Origin: Gemmatimonadales bacterium
GTDB taxonomy: Bacteria; Gemmatimonadota; Gemmatimonadetes; Gemmatimonadales; GWC2-71-9
Length of the DNA: 39,834 nucleotides
Assembly (NCBI GenBank): GCA_038258395.1
Contig: JBBSPX010000003.1
Span: 1 to 39,834, forward strand
Direction of reading: 5' to 3'
Shown in pieces: positions 1 through 10,651 of this stretch (position 1 is the first letter of the stretch; each line of letters starts with the position of its first letter). Made by a program: the position numbers and the translations under genes. The notes under the pieces are model-generated. The model saw nothing but the letters and a program-made list of their open reading frames with translations. It made no database searches and was not told where the DNA came from.

Positions 1-1296
1 CCACCACCGCCACCGCCACCCTCACAGGTCACTGCACGGGTCACCGTCGACACGCTGACGAAGTATCAGGTCATGTCAGGCTGGGAGGCTGTGACACAAT
101 CGGGTCAGGACAGCCCCGGATTTTTCGGATGGCAGCAGGAGCTCATGGATCTCGCCGCCAACGACTTGGGACTCAATCGTGTCCGACTCGAGGTCCGGTC
201 GGGGGCGGAGAATCCGGTGGACAACGACGCCGCGTTGTTTGCGGGCACCATCACCGAGGCCGAATGGAGGACCAGTCGGTATACCGTCGTGAACGACAAT
301 GCCGATCCGAATGTGATCAATCCGGCGGGGTTCCATTTCACCGCACTCGACCGATCCATCAACCGGGTCGTCCTACCGCTCCGGCAGCGCCTCGCCGCGC
401 GCGGCGAGCACCTCTATGTGAACCTGAACTATGTCGCGTTCAGCTCCAGCACGAGTTCGCCGCACCTGAACGGCGTGGAGTATGCGGAGTTCATGCTCGC
501 AGTCTTCCAGCACATGCAGAGCAGCTTCGGCTTCGTCCCCGATGCCGTGGAAATCATCCTTGAGCCGGACAACAAGACTCCCTGGCGCGGAACGCTGATC
601 GGACAGGCGATCGCCGCAACGGGCTGGCGCCTCGCCGCTGCGGGATTCACGCCAGAGTTCATCGCACCATCCACCACCAACATGGCGAACACGATTCCGT
701 ACCTCGATCAAGTCGTCGCCGTGCCCTTCGCACTGACCTACCTCAAGGAAGTCGCGTACCACCGCTATGCCGGTGTGTCGGACGCCAACCTTGCGGCGAT
801 TCAGACGCGCGCCACTCAGCTCGGCCTGCGGACCGCCATGCTCGAACATGTCGGCAGCGGGGTGGAAGACCTCTACAAGGATTTGACGATAGCCAACGTC
901 TCGGCATGGCAGCAGTTCACTTTGGCGTTTCCCACCTCGGACAATGGGGCGCAATACTACACCATCACGAACGGCCAGCCCGTCATGGGAAGCCGGACAC
1001 CGGCGCTACGCCAGTACTTTCGTTATGTCCGCCAAGGGGCCCGTCGCACCAAGGCGTTCAGCAACAGTCTCGGAGTCCGTGCCGTGGGGTTCATCAACCC
1101 GGGCGGCGGACCCGTCGTGGTGCTTCATGCGGATGCCGCCGAGACCTTCGCGATTCGCGGCCTCCGACCAGGCCGGTACCTCGTCACCAGCGCGAACCCA
1201 TCTGCGGTCCTTCCAACCGATGCGATCGCGGGCGCGGACGGTGAGCTGCGATTCACTGCGATCAACGGAATCATCACGGTGGCCTATATCCCATGA
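1..1296 (+). CDS. Clan-A/GH30-like glycoside hydrolase, 5'-truncated, preceded by a poly-Pro linker
   Basis: Frame 1 is open from base 1: PPPPPPPSQVTARVTVDTLTKYQVMSGWE, resembling the GH30 N-terminal strand VD...YQ.I.GFG. It has LEP (NEP-like acid/base), YHRY, MLEH (nucleophile-like) and a C-terminal YFRYVRQGARR...NPGG beta-domain. Confidence 0.6.
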   Translation, partial: PPPPPPPSQVTARVTVDTLTKYQVMSGWEAVTQSGQDSPGFFGWQQELMDLAANDLGLNRVRLEVRSGAENPVDNDAALFAGTITEAEWRTSRYTVVNDNADPNVINPAGFHFTALDRSINRVVLPLRQRLAARGEHLYVNLNYVAFSSSTSSPHLNGVEYAEFMLAVFQHMQSSFGFVPDAVEIILEPDNKTPWRGTLIGQAIAATGWRLAAAGFTPEFIAPSTTNMANTIPYLDQVVAVPFALTYLKEVAYHRYAGVSDANLAAIQTRATQLGLRTAMLEHVGSGVEDLYKDLTIANVSAWQQFTLAFPTSDNGAQYYTITNGQPVMGSRTPALRQYFRYVRQGARRTKAFSNSLGVRAVGFINPGGGPVVVLHADAAETFAIRGLRPGRYLVTSANPSAVLPTDAIAGADGELRFTAINGIITVAYIP

Positions 1297-1357
1297 GCAT
1301 CCGGTACCTTGCTGTCCGGCTGCCTGCTGCACAATCCCCGTCCTTTCAGATTCCAGA

Positions 1358-3379
1358 ATGACGACTGCGACTCCCAGCCGGGTGGTTCGCCTTGGTCTCA
1401 TGCTCATGGCGGCCTCCCTGCCTGCGCTTTGCCTAGCACAATTTGTTGGCCGAGCGAATGCGTTGTGGATGATGGCCGAAGGAGCGCACCCGTATTGGAT
1501 TCCGACCGAGGCCGTGCTGCTGTACGCCCTGGTGCCGCTGGTCATCCTGAGTGCCATCGTGCTCTTCCTGGCGCCAGGCATGCTGCTCGCGATCGCGGCC
1601 GGCCGGGGGACGACCGTCCCGGTTTGGCTGTTGTCCGCCGTACCGTTCTCGCTCGGCTCGGCGATGCTTCTGGTCGAACTCACCCGGGTGCTCCTCACCC
1701 CAGCCACGATGGGAGTGGTTCCGGGACTCTGCATGCTTGGCTGGATCGGTGTCACGACGGCGATTGCCTCGGTCGTTTCCCGTCGGAGAGCAGTTCCTTG
1801 GCCCGTGAGTCGACGAAACGACTGGTTCCCGTTGGTTGCTGCCGCCATCGGCGTGATCGTGATCTACTTGGGACTGACTCCAAAGTTTCTCTGGGAGAGT
1901 TTCAACGGCGACGGTGCGCACGCGTTTGAGATCTCCCGCATTCTGCTCCATCAGCCCTGGCCCTTCTTCCCGGCGAGTGCGGGTCCGGTGTCCGTGTTCC
2001 CAGGCACCACGTCCATGCTCTTCGCCTTCCCCAATGCGTGGTTCATCCGGCTCCTTGGTCCGATCGAGCCGGCCGTTCGGGTGCCGTGGCTGGTGTACCT
2101 CCCCCTCACCGTCCTCGGCCTCCAGGCGCTAGCCGAAGCAGGAGTTCGTCGTCTTGAGCGCCGCACGCAGGCCGCCCTCTGGGTCGGGCTCATGCCGTTT
2201 GTTTTCGCCATGGCCTTTAGTGCGACGTACAGTCCGTATCACGCTGACATTGCACTCCCAGCTGTTCAGGACACTCTTCTCGTCGTGTGCTTCCTCGGCT
2301 TTCTCCACGCCATGGTCCGGAGAGAGTGGTCCTGGGTGGCAGCCTTCGGGTTGCTCACGTATATCAGTCTTCCTAACGGCTTCCTGCTGATGGGATTCTG
2401 GTTGCTTGCCGAACTCCTTGTCATGCGTCCCCGTCCCTGGGGCGTCGCGACACGCGGCGCGCTCCTGATGGGCGCGTTCCTTCTGGTGGCGGCGGGCTTC
2501 GTCGCGGTGCTTCGTTGGAGTGGGCAGACGTTGCCGGGCGGGGAATATGGATTTGCCCGGACGATTCCTGACCTGCTCCGCATTGACATCACGCAGTGGC
2601 GTCGTGGCATCTATTTGCTGGTCGGTGGCGCGATCTTTCCCGTGGCGACGTTGGTCCTGTGGCGAGCCCAGGACCACCTTGCCCGGCGTGTGACCCTCGT
2701 GGTGCTCGGGTACTTCCTCCTCTTCTCCGTGCAAGCGCGCTTCAGTCTCCACCACCTCGTTCCAGCGATGCTGCTGCCACTCGTCGTGGCCGCCCGCCTT
2801 CCCCCGAACAAACAGCCTGCTGCCAACCAATATCACTTTGCCTGGCTGGTGGCGGCGCTGGTGGCCGTCGTGCTGTCACTCCCGAGTTCGTTCGCTGTAG
2901 TGACTGCAGCCCGACAGGTCGGCATGCGCATTACCCAGGACGTCGGTTCCTACGATGCAAGTGATCCGGCTGTCTTCGCCGCATCGAAACTCCTCGGGAA
3001 GGCCTTGCCATATGAATGGGATCCGCAAGTTCCGACACGCGCCTACGGTGGCTCCGCGTTGGCGTGGTTGCACTACGCCCGAGCTGGTCGTCCGGATGGG
3101 CGCACCACGTACCACCTGACGCGACGCGATGCGATGGCTGGCAGCCCGGCGGCACCTTTCACGGCCGACTCGCTGTTTCGGCTCGATGTGCTCGATGCAC
3201 GCACGTATGCCGACCATCTTGCGTTGCGCCCACCGACCAACACCCACGCGCCGATCTACCAGGTTCCGCGCGCCTCGCTGTACGGGATCAATGGACCGAA
3301 CACCATCAACCTGACAAGCTTGCTGACTCGTGTCGGCCGTCGCATCGGCCTCGGACGACCGGAGAAGGAGTCCCCGTGA
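1358..3379 (+). CDS. Polytopic membrane protein, putative GT-C-fold glycosyltransferase
   Basis: Many hydrophobic helices with an early periplasmic loop (WESFNGDGAH). Start moved to ATG 1358 because the upstream part of the track ORF overlaps the previous gene. Glycosylation context. Confidence 0.5.
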   Translation: MTTATPSRVVRLGLMLMAASLPALCLAQFVGRANALWMMAEGAHPYWIPTEAVLLYALVPLVILSAIVLFLAPGMLLAIAAGRGTTVPVWLLSAVPFSLGSAMLLVELTRVLLTPATMGVVPGLCMLGWIGVTTAIASVVSRRRAVPWPVSRRNDWFPLVAAAIGVIVIYLGLTPKFLWESFNGDGAHAFEISRILLHQPWPFFPASAGPVSVFPGTTSMLFAFPNAWFIRLLGPIEPAVRVPWLVYLPLTVLGLQALAEAGVRRLERRTQAALWVGLMPFVFAMAFSATYSPYHADIALPAVQDTLLVVCFLGFLHAMVRREWSWVAAFGLLTYISLPNGFLLMGFWLLAELLVMRPRPWGVATRGALLMGAFLLVAAGFVAVLRWSGQTLPGGEYGFARTIPDLLRIDITQWRRGIYLLVGGAIFPVATLVLWRAQDHLARRVTLVVLGYFLLFSVQARFSLHHLVPAMLLPLVVAARLPPNKQPAANQYHFAWLVAALVAVVLSLPSSFAVVTAARQVGMRITQDVGSYDASDPAVFAASKLLGKALPYEWDPQVPTRAYGGSALAWLHYARAGRPDGRTTYHLTRRDAMAGSPAAPFTADSLFRLDVLDARTYADHLALRPPTNTHAPIYQVPRASLYGINGPNTINLTSLLTRVGRRIGLGRPEKESP

Positions 3380-4989
3380 CGACCCGCCAGCTCTGGCAAT
3401 GGAGTCGCTACGTCGTGCCGCGTGCCGCGGCACTCGCGATCGCTGCGGCATGGGTACTCTGGTCCGGGAGTGCCGAACTGTGGGCGACGATGCGAAGAGT
3501 GAACCTGCTCCGCGCGCTCCCGTTGCTCGGTGCGACCGCGGCGTGGTTCAGCTTGCGGTTCATTCGCTGGCAATTTCTCCTGCGCCACGCGGGTGTTCGC
3601 GTGCCAATCCGTCCGGCGCTCGCCACCTACCTCGCCGCGCTGCCGGGGACCGCGACGCCGGCGTATCTGGGAGAGTCCATTCGTGCCGTCTTTCTCCACC
3701 GGCGGTTCCGCACTCCGATCCGCCTTTCACTTCTGGCGATCCTGATCGAGCGGATCCACGACATCGCGGCACTTGCACTGCTCGCGCTGCTGCTTGCCCC
3801 GGCGGAGCATGCACTACTCGGCGGCCTTTTCCTCGGAGCGGCGGTGGCCGGCTGGTGGCTGCTCGGCCGCAGCCTTCGCAACACCTCGCTCTCGGCTGCC
3901 AGCGCGCGACTACTTCGCACCCCCTCAGTCATCATCCCCGCCCTACTGTTGTCACTCCTGGCCTGGATCGCTGCCGGTTTGCTGTATGCGATCGCAGGCT
4001 TCGCCCTTGGACTGCCGATGGGTGCGCTCGAGGGAGTCGCGATTTTTGCGCAGTCCACACTGTGGGGCGCGGCGACCTTGTTGCCCGCAGGGCTCGGCGC
4101 GACGGGGAGCGCGGCGATCCTCGACTTGCGACACGTCCTCCCGTCGACCGACGCCATCGCGCTGGTCACGTTGGTCCGACTGGGAAGCACTGGCGTTGCG
4201 CTGACGGTGGGCACCGTATTCCTGCTTCGAGAGCTGAGAGGTAAACCGACGGAGCCCGAGGGCGTGGCACATTTCGACGCCATTGCGGCCGATTACTCGG
4301 CACAGTGGTCCCCCCATGTCTGGGATCTCCTGCTCCAGCGCAAGGTGCAGATGCTATGCGACGCCCTGGGCGATCCTTGCTCTGCCGGCGTCGGCCTCGA
4401 TCTGGGGTGTGGACTGGGCCTGCAGACTGCCGAAATTCGTCGCCGCGGGTACCACGTGATTGGCGTCGAACCGTCAGTGGGTCTGTTGCGGCAGCGCCCG
4501 GACCGCATCGGCTCGGTGGTAGCCGGCGATGCGCTTCGACTTCCCTTCTCGGATCAGCGTCTCGACTTCGTCTATGTCGTCGGAGTGCTCCATCATCTTC
4601 CGAATCGCAGCGCCCAGCGCGTCGCACTGGCCGAAATTGCGCGTGTGCTTCGCCCCGGCGGCTTGCTCATGGTGCATGAGAGCAATCCCCGCAATCCGCT
4701 CTTTCGGTTCTATATGACCTATCTCTTCCCGATTCTGAAGAGCATCGATGAGGGGACGGAGTGGTGGATCCATCCCGAACGCTGGGAATCGGTCCCACGC
4801 ATGACGCTGGTCGACATCCGATACTTCACATTCCTTCCCGATTTCATCCCGCACGCGCTCATGACCCCGGCGCTCGGCGTCGAACGTCTTCTGGAAGGTG
4901 GGCCGACGTACCAGTATTCCGCCCACTATTTCGCAGTCCTTCGCCGTGCGCACAACGACGTACTCGCGGGTGCGGCCTTGCCAGACTGA
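3376..4989 (+). CDS. YbhN/lysylphosphatidylglycerol-synthase-TM (flippase-like) domain fused to a class I SAM methyltransferase
   Basis: GTG overlaps the upstream stop (GTGA) and follows an AGGAG RBS. N-half has R..RW..LL, TPAYLGE, ERIHD and LPAGLG. C-half has LDLGCGLG, GDALRLPF, VLHH and RVLRPGG. Confidence 0.8.
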   Translation: MTTRQLWQWSRYVVPRAAALAIAAAWVLWSGSAELWATMRRVNLLRALPLLGATAAWFSLRFIRWQFLLRHAGVRVPIRPALATYLAALPGTATPAYLGESIRAVFLHRRFRTPIRLSLLAILIERIHDIAALALLALLLAPAEHALLGGLFLGAAVAGWWLLGRSLRNTSLSAASARLLRTPSVIIPALLLSLLAWIAAGLLYAIAGFALGLPMGALEGVAIFAQSTLWGAATLLPAGLGATGSAAILDLRHVLPSTDAIALVTLVRLGSTGVALTVGTVFLLRELRGKPTEPEGVAHFDAIAADYSAQWSPHVWDLLLQRKVQMLCDALGDPCSAGVGLDLGCGLGLQTAEIRRRGYHVIGVEPSVGLLRQRPDRIGSVVAGDALRLPFSDQRLDFVYVVGVLHHLPNRSAQRVALAEIARVLRPGGLLMVHESNPRNPLFRFYMTYLFPILKSIDEGTEWWIHPERWESVPRMTLVDIRYFTFLPDFIPHALMTPALGVERLLEGGPTYQYSAHYFAVLRRAHNDVLAGAALPD

Positions 4990-5007
4990 CGCACACCGCA
5001 CTGGCGC

Positions 5008-7038
5008 CTATTGAGGCGCGTGGGGTGCGTCGGGCCGCGCGACGAGCTCTGCCCCCCGAAGCGGTCCGGCCACGATCCGGTACCCGTCGCCGGTCACCGT
5101 CGGGCCGTCTACCAGCCAAAAACTCCGCTCGGGATACGCCTCGACCAGTGCTCGGCGAGTCGCCGCATCGATGTCCCGGACGAATACCGGTGCGGGCGAA
5201 TCAAGGTCCAACGCGTTGTACACGACAGCCGACGCGAAGTCCGGATGACGATTGCCCCGGATGAGCAGCATGCCGTTCCGAAATGCGGGATCGTCGGCCA
5301 GATCCCGGACACCGGGGCGCATGCCGCGGTAGTGGAAATATTTGTCGGTGGCGCGCCACGGCACGAACACCACCAAGGAGACAAGCGTCAACGCCAGCGC
5401 TCCGGCGATGACGCGTGTGGGAGCGCTACGCGAGGAGCCACTCGCCGCCTGCCACCCGAGAGATTCGAGACCACGAGCCGAAAGCGCGAGACAGGGAACG
5501 ATGATCAGGTACCAGTACCTCGCCCCGAAATCCGGACCACCGCTGAAGTAGTAGAAACTGTGGATCCCCACGATCGTCGCCACAGCTGCCACCATGGTCC
5601 AATCCGCCCGGCGCAGCTTTCCCCAAGCAAGCAGCATCGCAATCAACAGCAGCGAACCGGTGGCCCATCCCAGCAGCTCCGTGTTGGTCTGGAAAAAGTT
5701 GAAGTTGGCATTGATGAGCACATCCAATGGGCCGTGACCCGGCAGGGGGTCCAGTCCACGCCATCCTGAGCCCCGATTCGCCCCGAAACCGAGATCGTTG
5801 GATCCCGGGCCGAAGGTGGCATTCATGTATTCCATGACCGGGAATCGATCCGCGTGCCCGGTCAGCACACGATTGTAGGGCAGCGTCAACGCGCTGGTGG
5901 CCATCGTCGTGACGGTCAGCACCACGGAGGGCCACAGCCGAACACGACGTCCGCGGGCGCCCAGAGACCAGAATCCCAAGAGCAACGCCAGTGCGACCCC
6001 CTCAAGCGGACGAATCAAGCCCACCACGCCAATCGCGACCCCGGCCATCACGGCCCACCGGCCGCGTGGATCACGGCGTAGACGCGCTACGGCAGCGGCC
6101 GCGATGAGTGCCGCGACAAGACTGGCCGTGTGACTCATCAGATTCATTGCCATCAGGAGTGCCCACGGGGAGGCCGCCAACAGCAGGGTTGCGAGCCGTG
6201 CCGTTCGCCGCGGGTAGATCTCACGTAGAAAGACGTAAGCCAGCACCACGGCGATGCCACCCAGCAGCGGATTCACGAGCCAGGGGAGACCGACCGCCGC
6301 CCCTACCGCGAGCAGCATCGGCCAGCCGGGCGGGAAGGGGGAAAACCACCGTGTCGACTGGTAGGTCATCAGGTCGACATTGAATGCGAGCGGCACCTTG
6401 GGAAGCGGCATCGTCAGCTGTCCCGCCGCGAAGTAGCGCGCTTGCAGAAGATACGAGACTTCGTCGGGAACATGCGGATGCCGCTGATACACGAAGATCG
6501 CGAGGAGTGCCGCCGTCACGGCAACGCATGCCGCCAACACCCACACGAAACGATCCGAACCACCTGGTTCGGCCTCATCTGTCTGCGGCGCTGGACCGAG
6601 GACCCTCTCGATCCAGAATGCTACGCGCGACACTGCATCTTCGCTCAACGACACGGCGAAGAGGAAGACTGCGCCAAGGTGGACCAATTGGACAGTTGCG
6701 GCGAACAGCAGTTCCGAAAGATAGCGCGGCACGGAGAGTGAGAGTGTTGCGCTTGTCATCACGAAGAGTGCGGCCACGACCGCTGTGCGCCACACTCCGC
6801 GCTCGCGGATGAAGCTGCGAATCGTTGACAGGTGCGCCGTGAGGCCCAGTCCGACCAGGAGCACCTCGACCGCGAACGCCGCAATGGCCCAGATCGGAAC
6901 CTCGGCAAACAATTCCCAAGGCGCCACGAAATGCTGGTACCCGACCCCAGGACCGGCGCGGACCATCGTCAAGGTCGCGATCTGGCCAATCGCGAGGAGG
7001 AGTACCCAGCCGGACGACCGCGACCAAAACCGACTCAT
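5008..7038 (-). CDS. ArnT/PMT-like (GT-C) membrane glycosyltransferase
   Basis: PDEVSYLLQARYFAAG loop motif, FPPGWP, IRPLE, GARYWY and many TM helices. Confidence 0.75.
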   Translation of the reverse strand: MSRFWSRSSGWVLLLAIGQIATLTMVRAGPGVGYQHFVAPWELFAEVPIWAIAAFAVEVLLVGLGLTAHLSTIRSFIRERGVWRTAVVAALFVMTSATLSLSVPRYLSELLFAATVQLVHLGAVFLFAVSLSEDAVSRVAFWIERVLGPAPQTDEAEPGGSDRFVWVLAACVAVTAALLAIFVYQRHPHVPDEVSYLLQARYFAAGQLTMPLPKVPLAFNVDLMTYQSTRWFSPFPPGWPMLLAVGAAVGLPWLVNPLLGGIAVVLAYVFLREIYPRRTARLATLLLAASPWALLMAMNLMSHTASLVAALIAAAAVARLRRDPRGRWAVMAGVAIGVVGLIRPLEGVALALLLGFWSLGARGRRVRLWPSVVLTVTTMATSALTLPYNRVLTGHADRFPVMEYMNATFGPGSNDLGFGANRGSGWRGLDPLPGHGPLDVLINANFNFFQTNTELLGWATGSLLLIAMLLAWGKLRRADWTMVAAVATIVGIHSFYYFSGGPDFGARYWYLIIVPCLALSARGLESLGWQAASGSSRSAPTRVIAGALALTLVSLVVFVPWRATDKYFHYRGMRPGVRDLADDPAFRNGMLLIRGNRHPDFASAVVYNALDLDSPAPVFVRDIDAATRRALVEAYPERSFWLVDGPTVTGDGYRIVAGPLRGAELVARPDAPHAPQ

Positions 7039-7081
7039 CGCCGTGTGCCGCGGTCGGAACGTCGGGCGTGCACCGCGCCTC

Positions 7082-8056
7082 CTAGCGCTGCGCCGGATTG
7101 GCGCGTTGCTCAGTCAGCACGTCCTCGATGATCTTGGACAACGGGGTCTCCGGACGGAAGTCGATCATCGCCTTCAGGCGACTGAGATCCGGTATCCGGC
7201 GATGCATGTCCTCGAACCCCTCCGCGTACGCCTCTGAGTAGGGTACGAGCACAATCGGTGACTTGCTCCCCACGGCATCACGCACCATCTCGGCCAACTC
7301 CATCATCGAGACTTCCTCATCCGACCCGATGTTGAATACCCCGCCGATCGCCTTCGGGTTGCCGAGCAGCCGGAGCAGTGCCTCCACCGCATCTTGAACG
7401 TGACCGAAGCAGCGCTGTTGATCACCGGTGCCATACACCGTGATCGGTTCGCCGGCGAGCGCCTGGCGAACAAAATTTGGCAGCACCATGCCGTAGCGGC
7501 CGGTCTGCCGCGGGCCCACCGTGTTGAAGAATCGCACGATGATGACGGGGACTCCCTTTTCCCGCATGTAGGCCAGCCCGAGCCACTCATCGAGCGCCTT
7601 TGAGCAGGCATATGCCCAACGAGAATGTGTGGTCGGACCGAGTTGGAGATCGCCATCTTCTCGGAACGGGAGGCTGGCACTCTTGCCGTAGACTTCGGAG
7701 GTGGAGGCAATGAGCACCAGTTTCTGCTTCTTCGCGGCCGCGGCGAGGACGACTTCGCTGGCCTTGACGTTGGTCTCGATCGTGTGGACTGGACGCTCGA
7801 CAATCAACCGCACGCCGACCGCCGCCGCGAGGTGAATGGTCACGTCGCAGCGATCCACGCACTCGGAAACCAGCGGGACATCGAGGGCCGAACCAATGCG
7901 ATAGGTGAACCCGGGCCGATCGACGAGGTGGGCGATGTTGTCCATGCTACCAGTCGAGAGATCATCGAGCACCAGGACCTCGTCCCCCCGGTCGATCAAC
8001 CGCGTGGCGAGATGTGAGCCGATGAATCCTGCGCCGCCGGTGATGAGGTACCGCAT
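7082..8056 (-). CDS. NAD-dependent NDP-sugar epimerase/dehydratase (extended SDR)
   Basis: TGGAGFIGSH, HLAAAVGV, STSEVYG, YACSK and RFFNTVGPRQ. Confidence 0.92.
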   Translation of the reverse strand: MRYLITGGAGFIGSHLATRLIDRGDEVLVLDDLSTGSMDNIAHLVDRPGFTYRIGSALDVPLVSECVDRCDVTIHLAAAVGVRLIVERPVHTIETNVKASEVVLAAAAKKQKLVLIASTSEVYGKSASLPFREDGDLQLGPTTHSRWAYACSKALDEWLGLAYMREKGVPVIIVRFFNTVGPRQTGRYGMVLPNFVRQALAGEPITVYGTGDQQRCFGHVQDAVEALLRLLGNPKAIGGVFNIGSDEEVSMMELAEMVRDAVGSKSPIVLVPYSEAYAEGFEDMHRRIPDLSRLKAMIDFRPETPLSKIIEDVLTEQRANPAQR

Positions 8057-8064
8057 GTCCGTCC

Positions 8065-9315
8065 TCAGGAGAGGGTTGTGTGTACTCGCGAGGCCTGCCG
8101 AGTGGCCGCAGCCGCCCGCACGATCTCAAGATATCTCGGGACCACGGTCCGCTCCGACCAGAGGGACTCCAGGGCCCGTCGACCGGCCTGCGCCAGGCGG
8201 GTCCGATACGGCTGGTCATGCAGGAGCCGCGCCATCGACGCCTCCAGCTCCGTTCGGTCACGGAAGCTCTCACCACCCCCCGAGGCCTCGAGCAACTCGG
8301 GCAGGGGCCCGAGGTGACGGGCGATCACCGGGGTCGACTGCCGGAACGCCTCCAGGAGGATGATCCCGAACGTCTCATAGCACAGCGACGGTACCAAGAG
8401 GGCCACGGCCCCGCGGTACCATCTCGCCAATTCGGCACTGGGAACGCGGCCGAGGAAGCGGACGCGCGGATTGCCTCCTGCCTGTGCGCGCAACGTCGCG
8501 CCGTATTCACCATCGCCCGCCACGACGAGATCGGTCGGCCCCTCACCCTCGAAGGAGGGCAGGACATCCTGGAGTCCCTTGATCAACTCCAACCGACCAA
8601 CAAAGAGGAAGTAGGGGCGCGCTTGCGCCACCCCTTCCTCGACGTACGGTGCTTCCGCCTCCGTCTCAGGCAGGAAGTACGGCAGCACGTCCATCTCCCG
8701 GGGGAAGCCGAACTCCCGGTGCTTGTCGCGGCTGAACTCGCTCATCGCGATGAATCGGTCGATGTGACGCAGGTTGCGCTCGAGGAGCCCGGTCCAACGC
8801 CACCACTGGGGCGGACGGCGGTAGTGCAATTGACAACTCAGGCACTGGCGCCCCGTGCACACTTCCCGTCCCTTGCGCCAGAGGACGTGGGTCGGGCAGA
8901 CCAGCCAGTGTTCGTGCGCCATGTACAACTTGACCGCGTCGCCGTACGCGAAGAGCCCGGGACCGCCGATCAGCGAGACATTGTGAAAATTGATGACGTC
9001 GAATTGCCGCTCGTCGAGCAGGCGCCTGATCCGCCGACCGTTGATGATCGGTCGACCGGTCTGTTGCGTGAGCAGCGGCGAGAGCGCGCCGAGGCCGCTG
9101 CGCAATGAGATGACCTCAAGTCCCGCTGGCTCAGGCTCGCCCACCGGAGGCGGGCCATTCGCGAGTGCTTCATACGCGTCAAGGTCATGGATGACCGTCA
9201 CCTGATGTCCGGCGTGGACCAGCCCTCGCGCAAGGCGCTGGATCCCGATGCCGTCACCGCCAAAGTTGTAGGGCGGATAGAAGGTGGTGAGGAACCCGAA
9301 ACGAAGTCCGCTCAT
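8065..9315 (-). CDS. Glycosyltransferase family 4
   Basis: FYPPYNFGG, VGRL...KG and ETFGIILLEA (EX7E motif). Confidence 0.9.
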   Translation of the reverse strand: MSGLRFGFLTTFYPPYNFGGDGIGIQRLARGLVHAGHQVTVIHDLDAYEALANGPPPVGEPEPAGLEVISLRSGLGALSPLLTQQTGRPIINGRRIRRLLDERQFDVINFHNVSLIGGPGLFAYGDAVKLYMAHEHWLVCPTHVLWRKGREVCTGRQCLSCQLHYRRPPQWWRWTGLLERNLRHIDRFIAMSEFSRDKHREFGFPREMDVLPYFLPETEAEAPYVEEGVAQARPYFLFVGRLELIKGLQDVLPSFEGEGPTDLVVAGDGEYGATLRAQAGGNPRVRFLGRVPSAELARWYRGAVALLVPSLCYETFGIILLEAFRQSTPVIARHLGPLPELLEASGGGESFRDRTELEASMARLLHDQPYRTRLAQAGRRALESLWSERTVVPRYLEIVRAAAATRQASRVHTTLS

Positions 9316-10505
9316 CCGGCCGCCTCGCGCAGCGCGGCAAGCGCGTTGCGCGCGCTGTCGTCCCAGGTAAGCGCGTGCGCCCGCTCGCGGGCGCGGCGAC
9401 CCATGCTGCGCCGTGCGATCTCATCCGTCATCATCCGCTCGAGCGCGTCGGCCAGCGCGCGCTCATCGCCCGGTGCCACGAAGATCCCGCCGCCCTCGAG
9501 CAGCTGGGGCAGTGGACTGGCGGTCGTCGCAACCACCGGGGTCCCCGTCGCAGCTCCCTCGACAGGCGGAAGGCCGAAACCCTCGGACGCGGAGGGAAGC
9601 ACGACCGCGAGGGCCCCCGCGAGCAAGTCGCGGACGTCCTCGTCCGGCAGGAATCCCGTCCAGTGCACCAGCTCGGCGGTGCCGCACACTTCGATGGCAT
9701 TCGCGATCGTGGCCTGATCGCCATGGAAGGCGTCCCCGGCACGCGCACCGATCAGGAGGAGGTGGACTGGCGCGTCACTCGCGTGTGCCGTGCTCGCGTG
9801 CGCCCGCACCAGAATGTCGACGTGTTTGTGGGGACCGAAGCCTCCGACATAGGCAAACCACCGGGCACCGTCGGGCAGGCCGGCCGCGCGCGCCGCACGA
9901 CGGACTGCCTCGGCCGGCGGCGCGGTGCGATACAACTCCGCTGGTGCCAGCGGAGCCACCCGGATTCGGGCAGCCGACAACCGGTGCACGTCGGCGATCT
10001 CCTGCGCCGCATAGTCGGAGATCGTCAACACGAGGCGCGCCTGCCGAAGCGCGAGGGCCACCTTGGCCCGCCAGAAAAGCCGGGCCCGCCACGAGGGAAT
10101 GGTCAGCTCAGGGAATCGCTCGACGATCGCGTCCATCACCGTCACGACCGCGGGAAGCCCTAGCGGCAGCGGGAAGTAGGTGTAGACCGTCGGCGAAAAG
10201 AAGACATCCGGCCGGTGCCGCGCGACGGCCTGGGTGAAGCGAAGCATATCGAATGGGGAACGCGAGGAATCGGCGGCGGCGGCCGTCGTGGGCGAGACGC
10301 GCTGCGGCACCAGGATTGTCCGGACGTTGGGCGCATCGAGTGAGAAAACGGCCGCCGCACGCGCGTCAAGAAAGCAGACGAATTCGTCATCAGGTGCCTC
10401 GCGCACCATGGCTGACACCAACTCGCGTGTGAAGCGGCCGTACCCGCGAGCATTGGCCCAGCAGGTCGCGTCGATGCCGATACGAAGACTCACGTCGCGA
10501 GCCAC
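9312..10505 (-). CDS. Glycosyltransferase family 4
   Basis: RIGIDA...GYGRFT and PSASEGFGLPPVEG (EX7E motif). 4-bp overlap with the downstream GT4. Confidence 0.9.
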   Translation of the reverse strand: MARDVSLRIGIDATCWANARGYGRFTRELVSAMVREAPDDEFVCFLDARAAAVFSLDAPNVRTILVPQRVSPTTAAAADSSRSPFDMLRFTQAVARHRPDVFFSPTVYTYFPLPLGLPAVVTVMDAIVERFPELTIPSWRARLFWRAKVALALRQARLVLTISDYAAQEIADVHRLSAARIRVAPLAPAELYRTAPPAEAVRRAARAAGLPDGARWFAYVGGFGPHKHVDILVRAHASTAHASDAPVHLLLIGARAGDAFHGDQATIANAIEVCGTAELVHWTGFLPDEDVRDLLAGALAVVLPSASEGFGLPPVEGAATGTPVVATTASPLPQLLEGGGIFVAPGDERALADALERMMTDEIARRSMGRRARERAHALTWDDSARNALAALREAAG

Positions 10506-10651
10506 CCCGAAAGCCCGACGGGTTGCCAGGGACCGGGCCCAGCCACGTGCAACGGGTGACTCAAGTGTGGTATTCCTGCGACAGTCATGTGGTTCCTGGT
10601 GTGGTAGCGCAACAGGGGCCGAGAAGAGGCCTCAGGCTCCGGGCAGAGTCG

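Noticed and set aside
944-1357. Long N-terminal extensions in the ORF track (also at 3016, 10662, 21045, 22990, 24740, 26476, 30024)
   Set aside because: They overlap neighbouring genes or promoter motifs. Downstream starts with RBS or stop-start coupling fit better.
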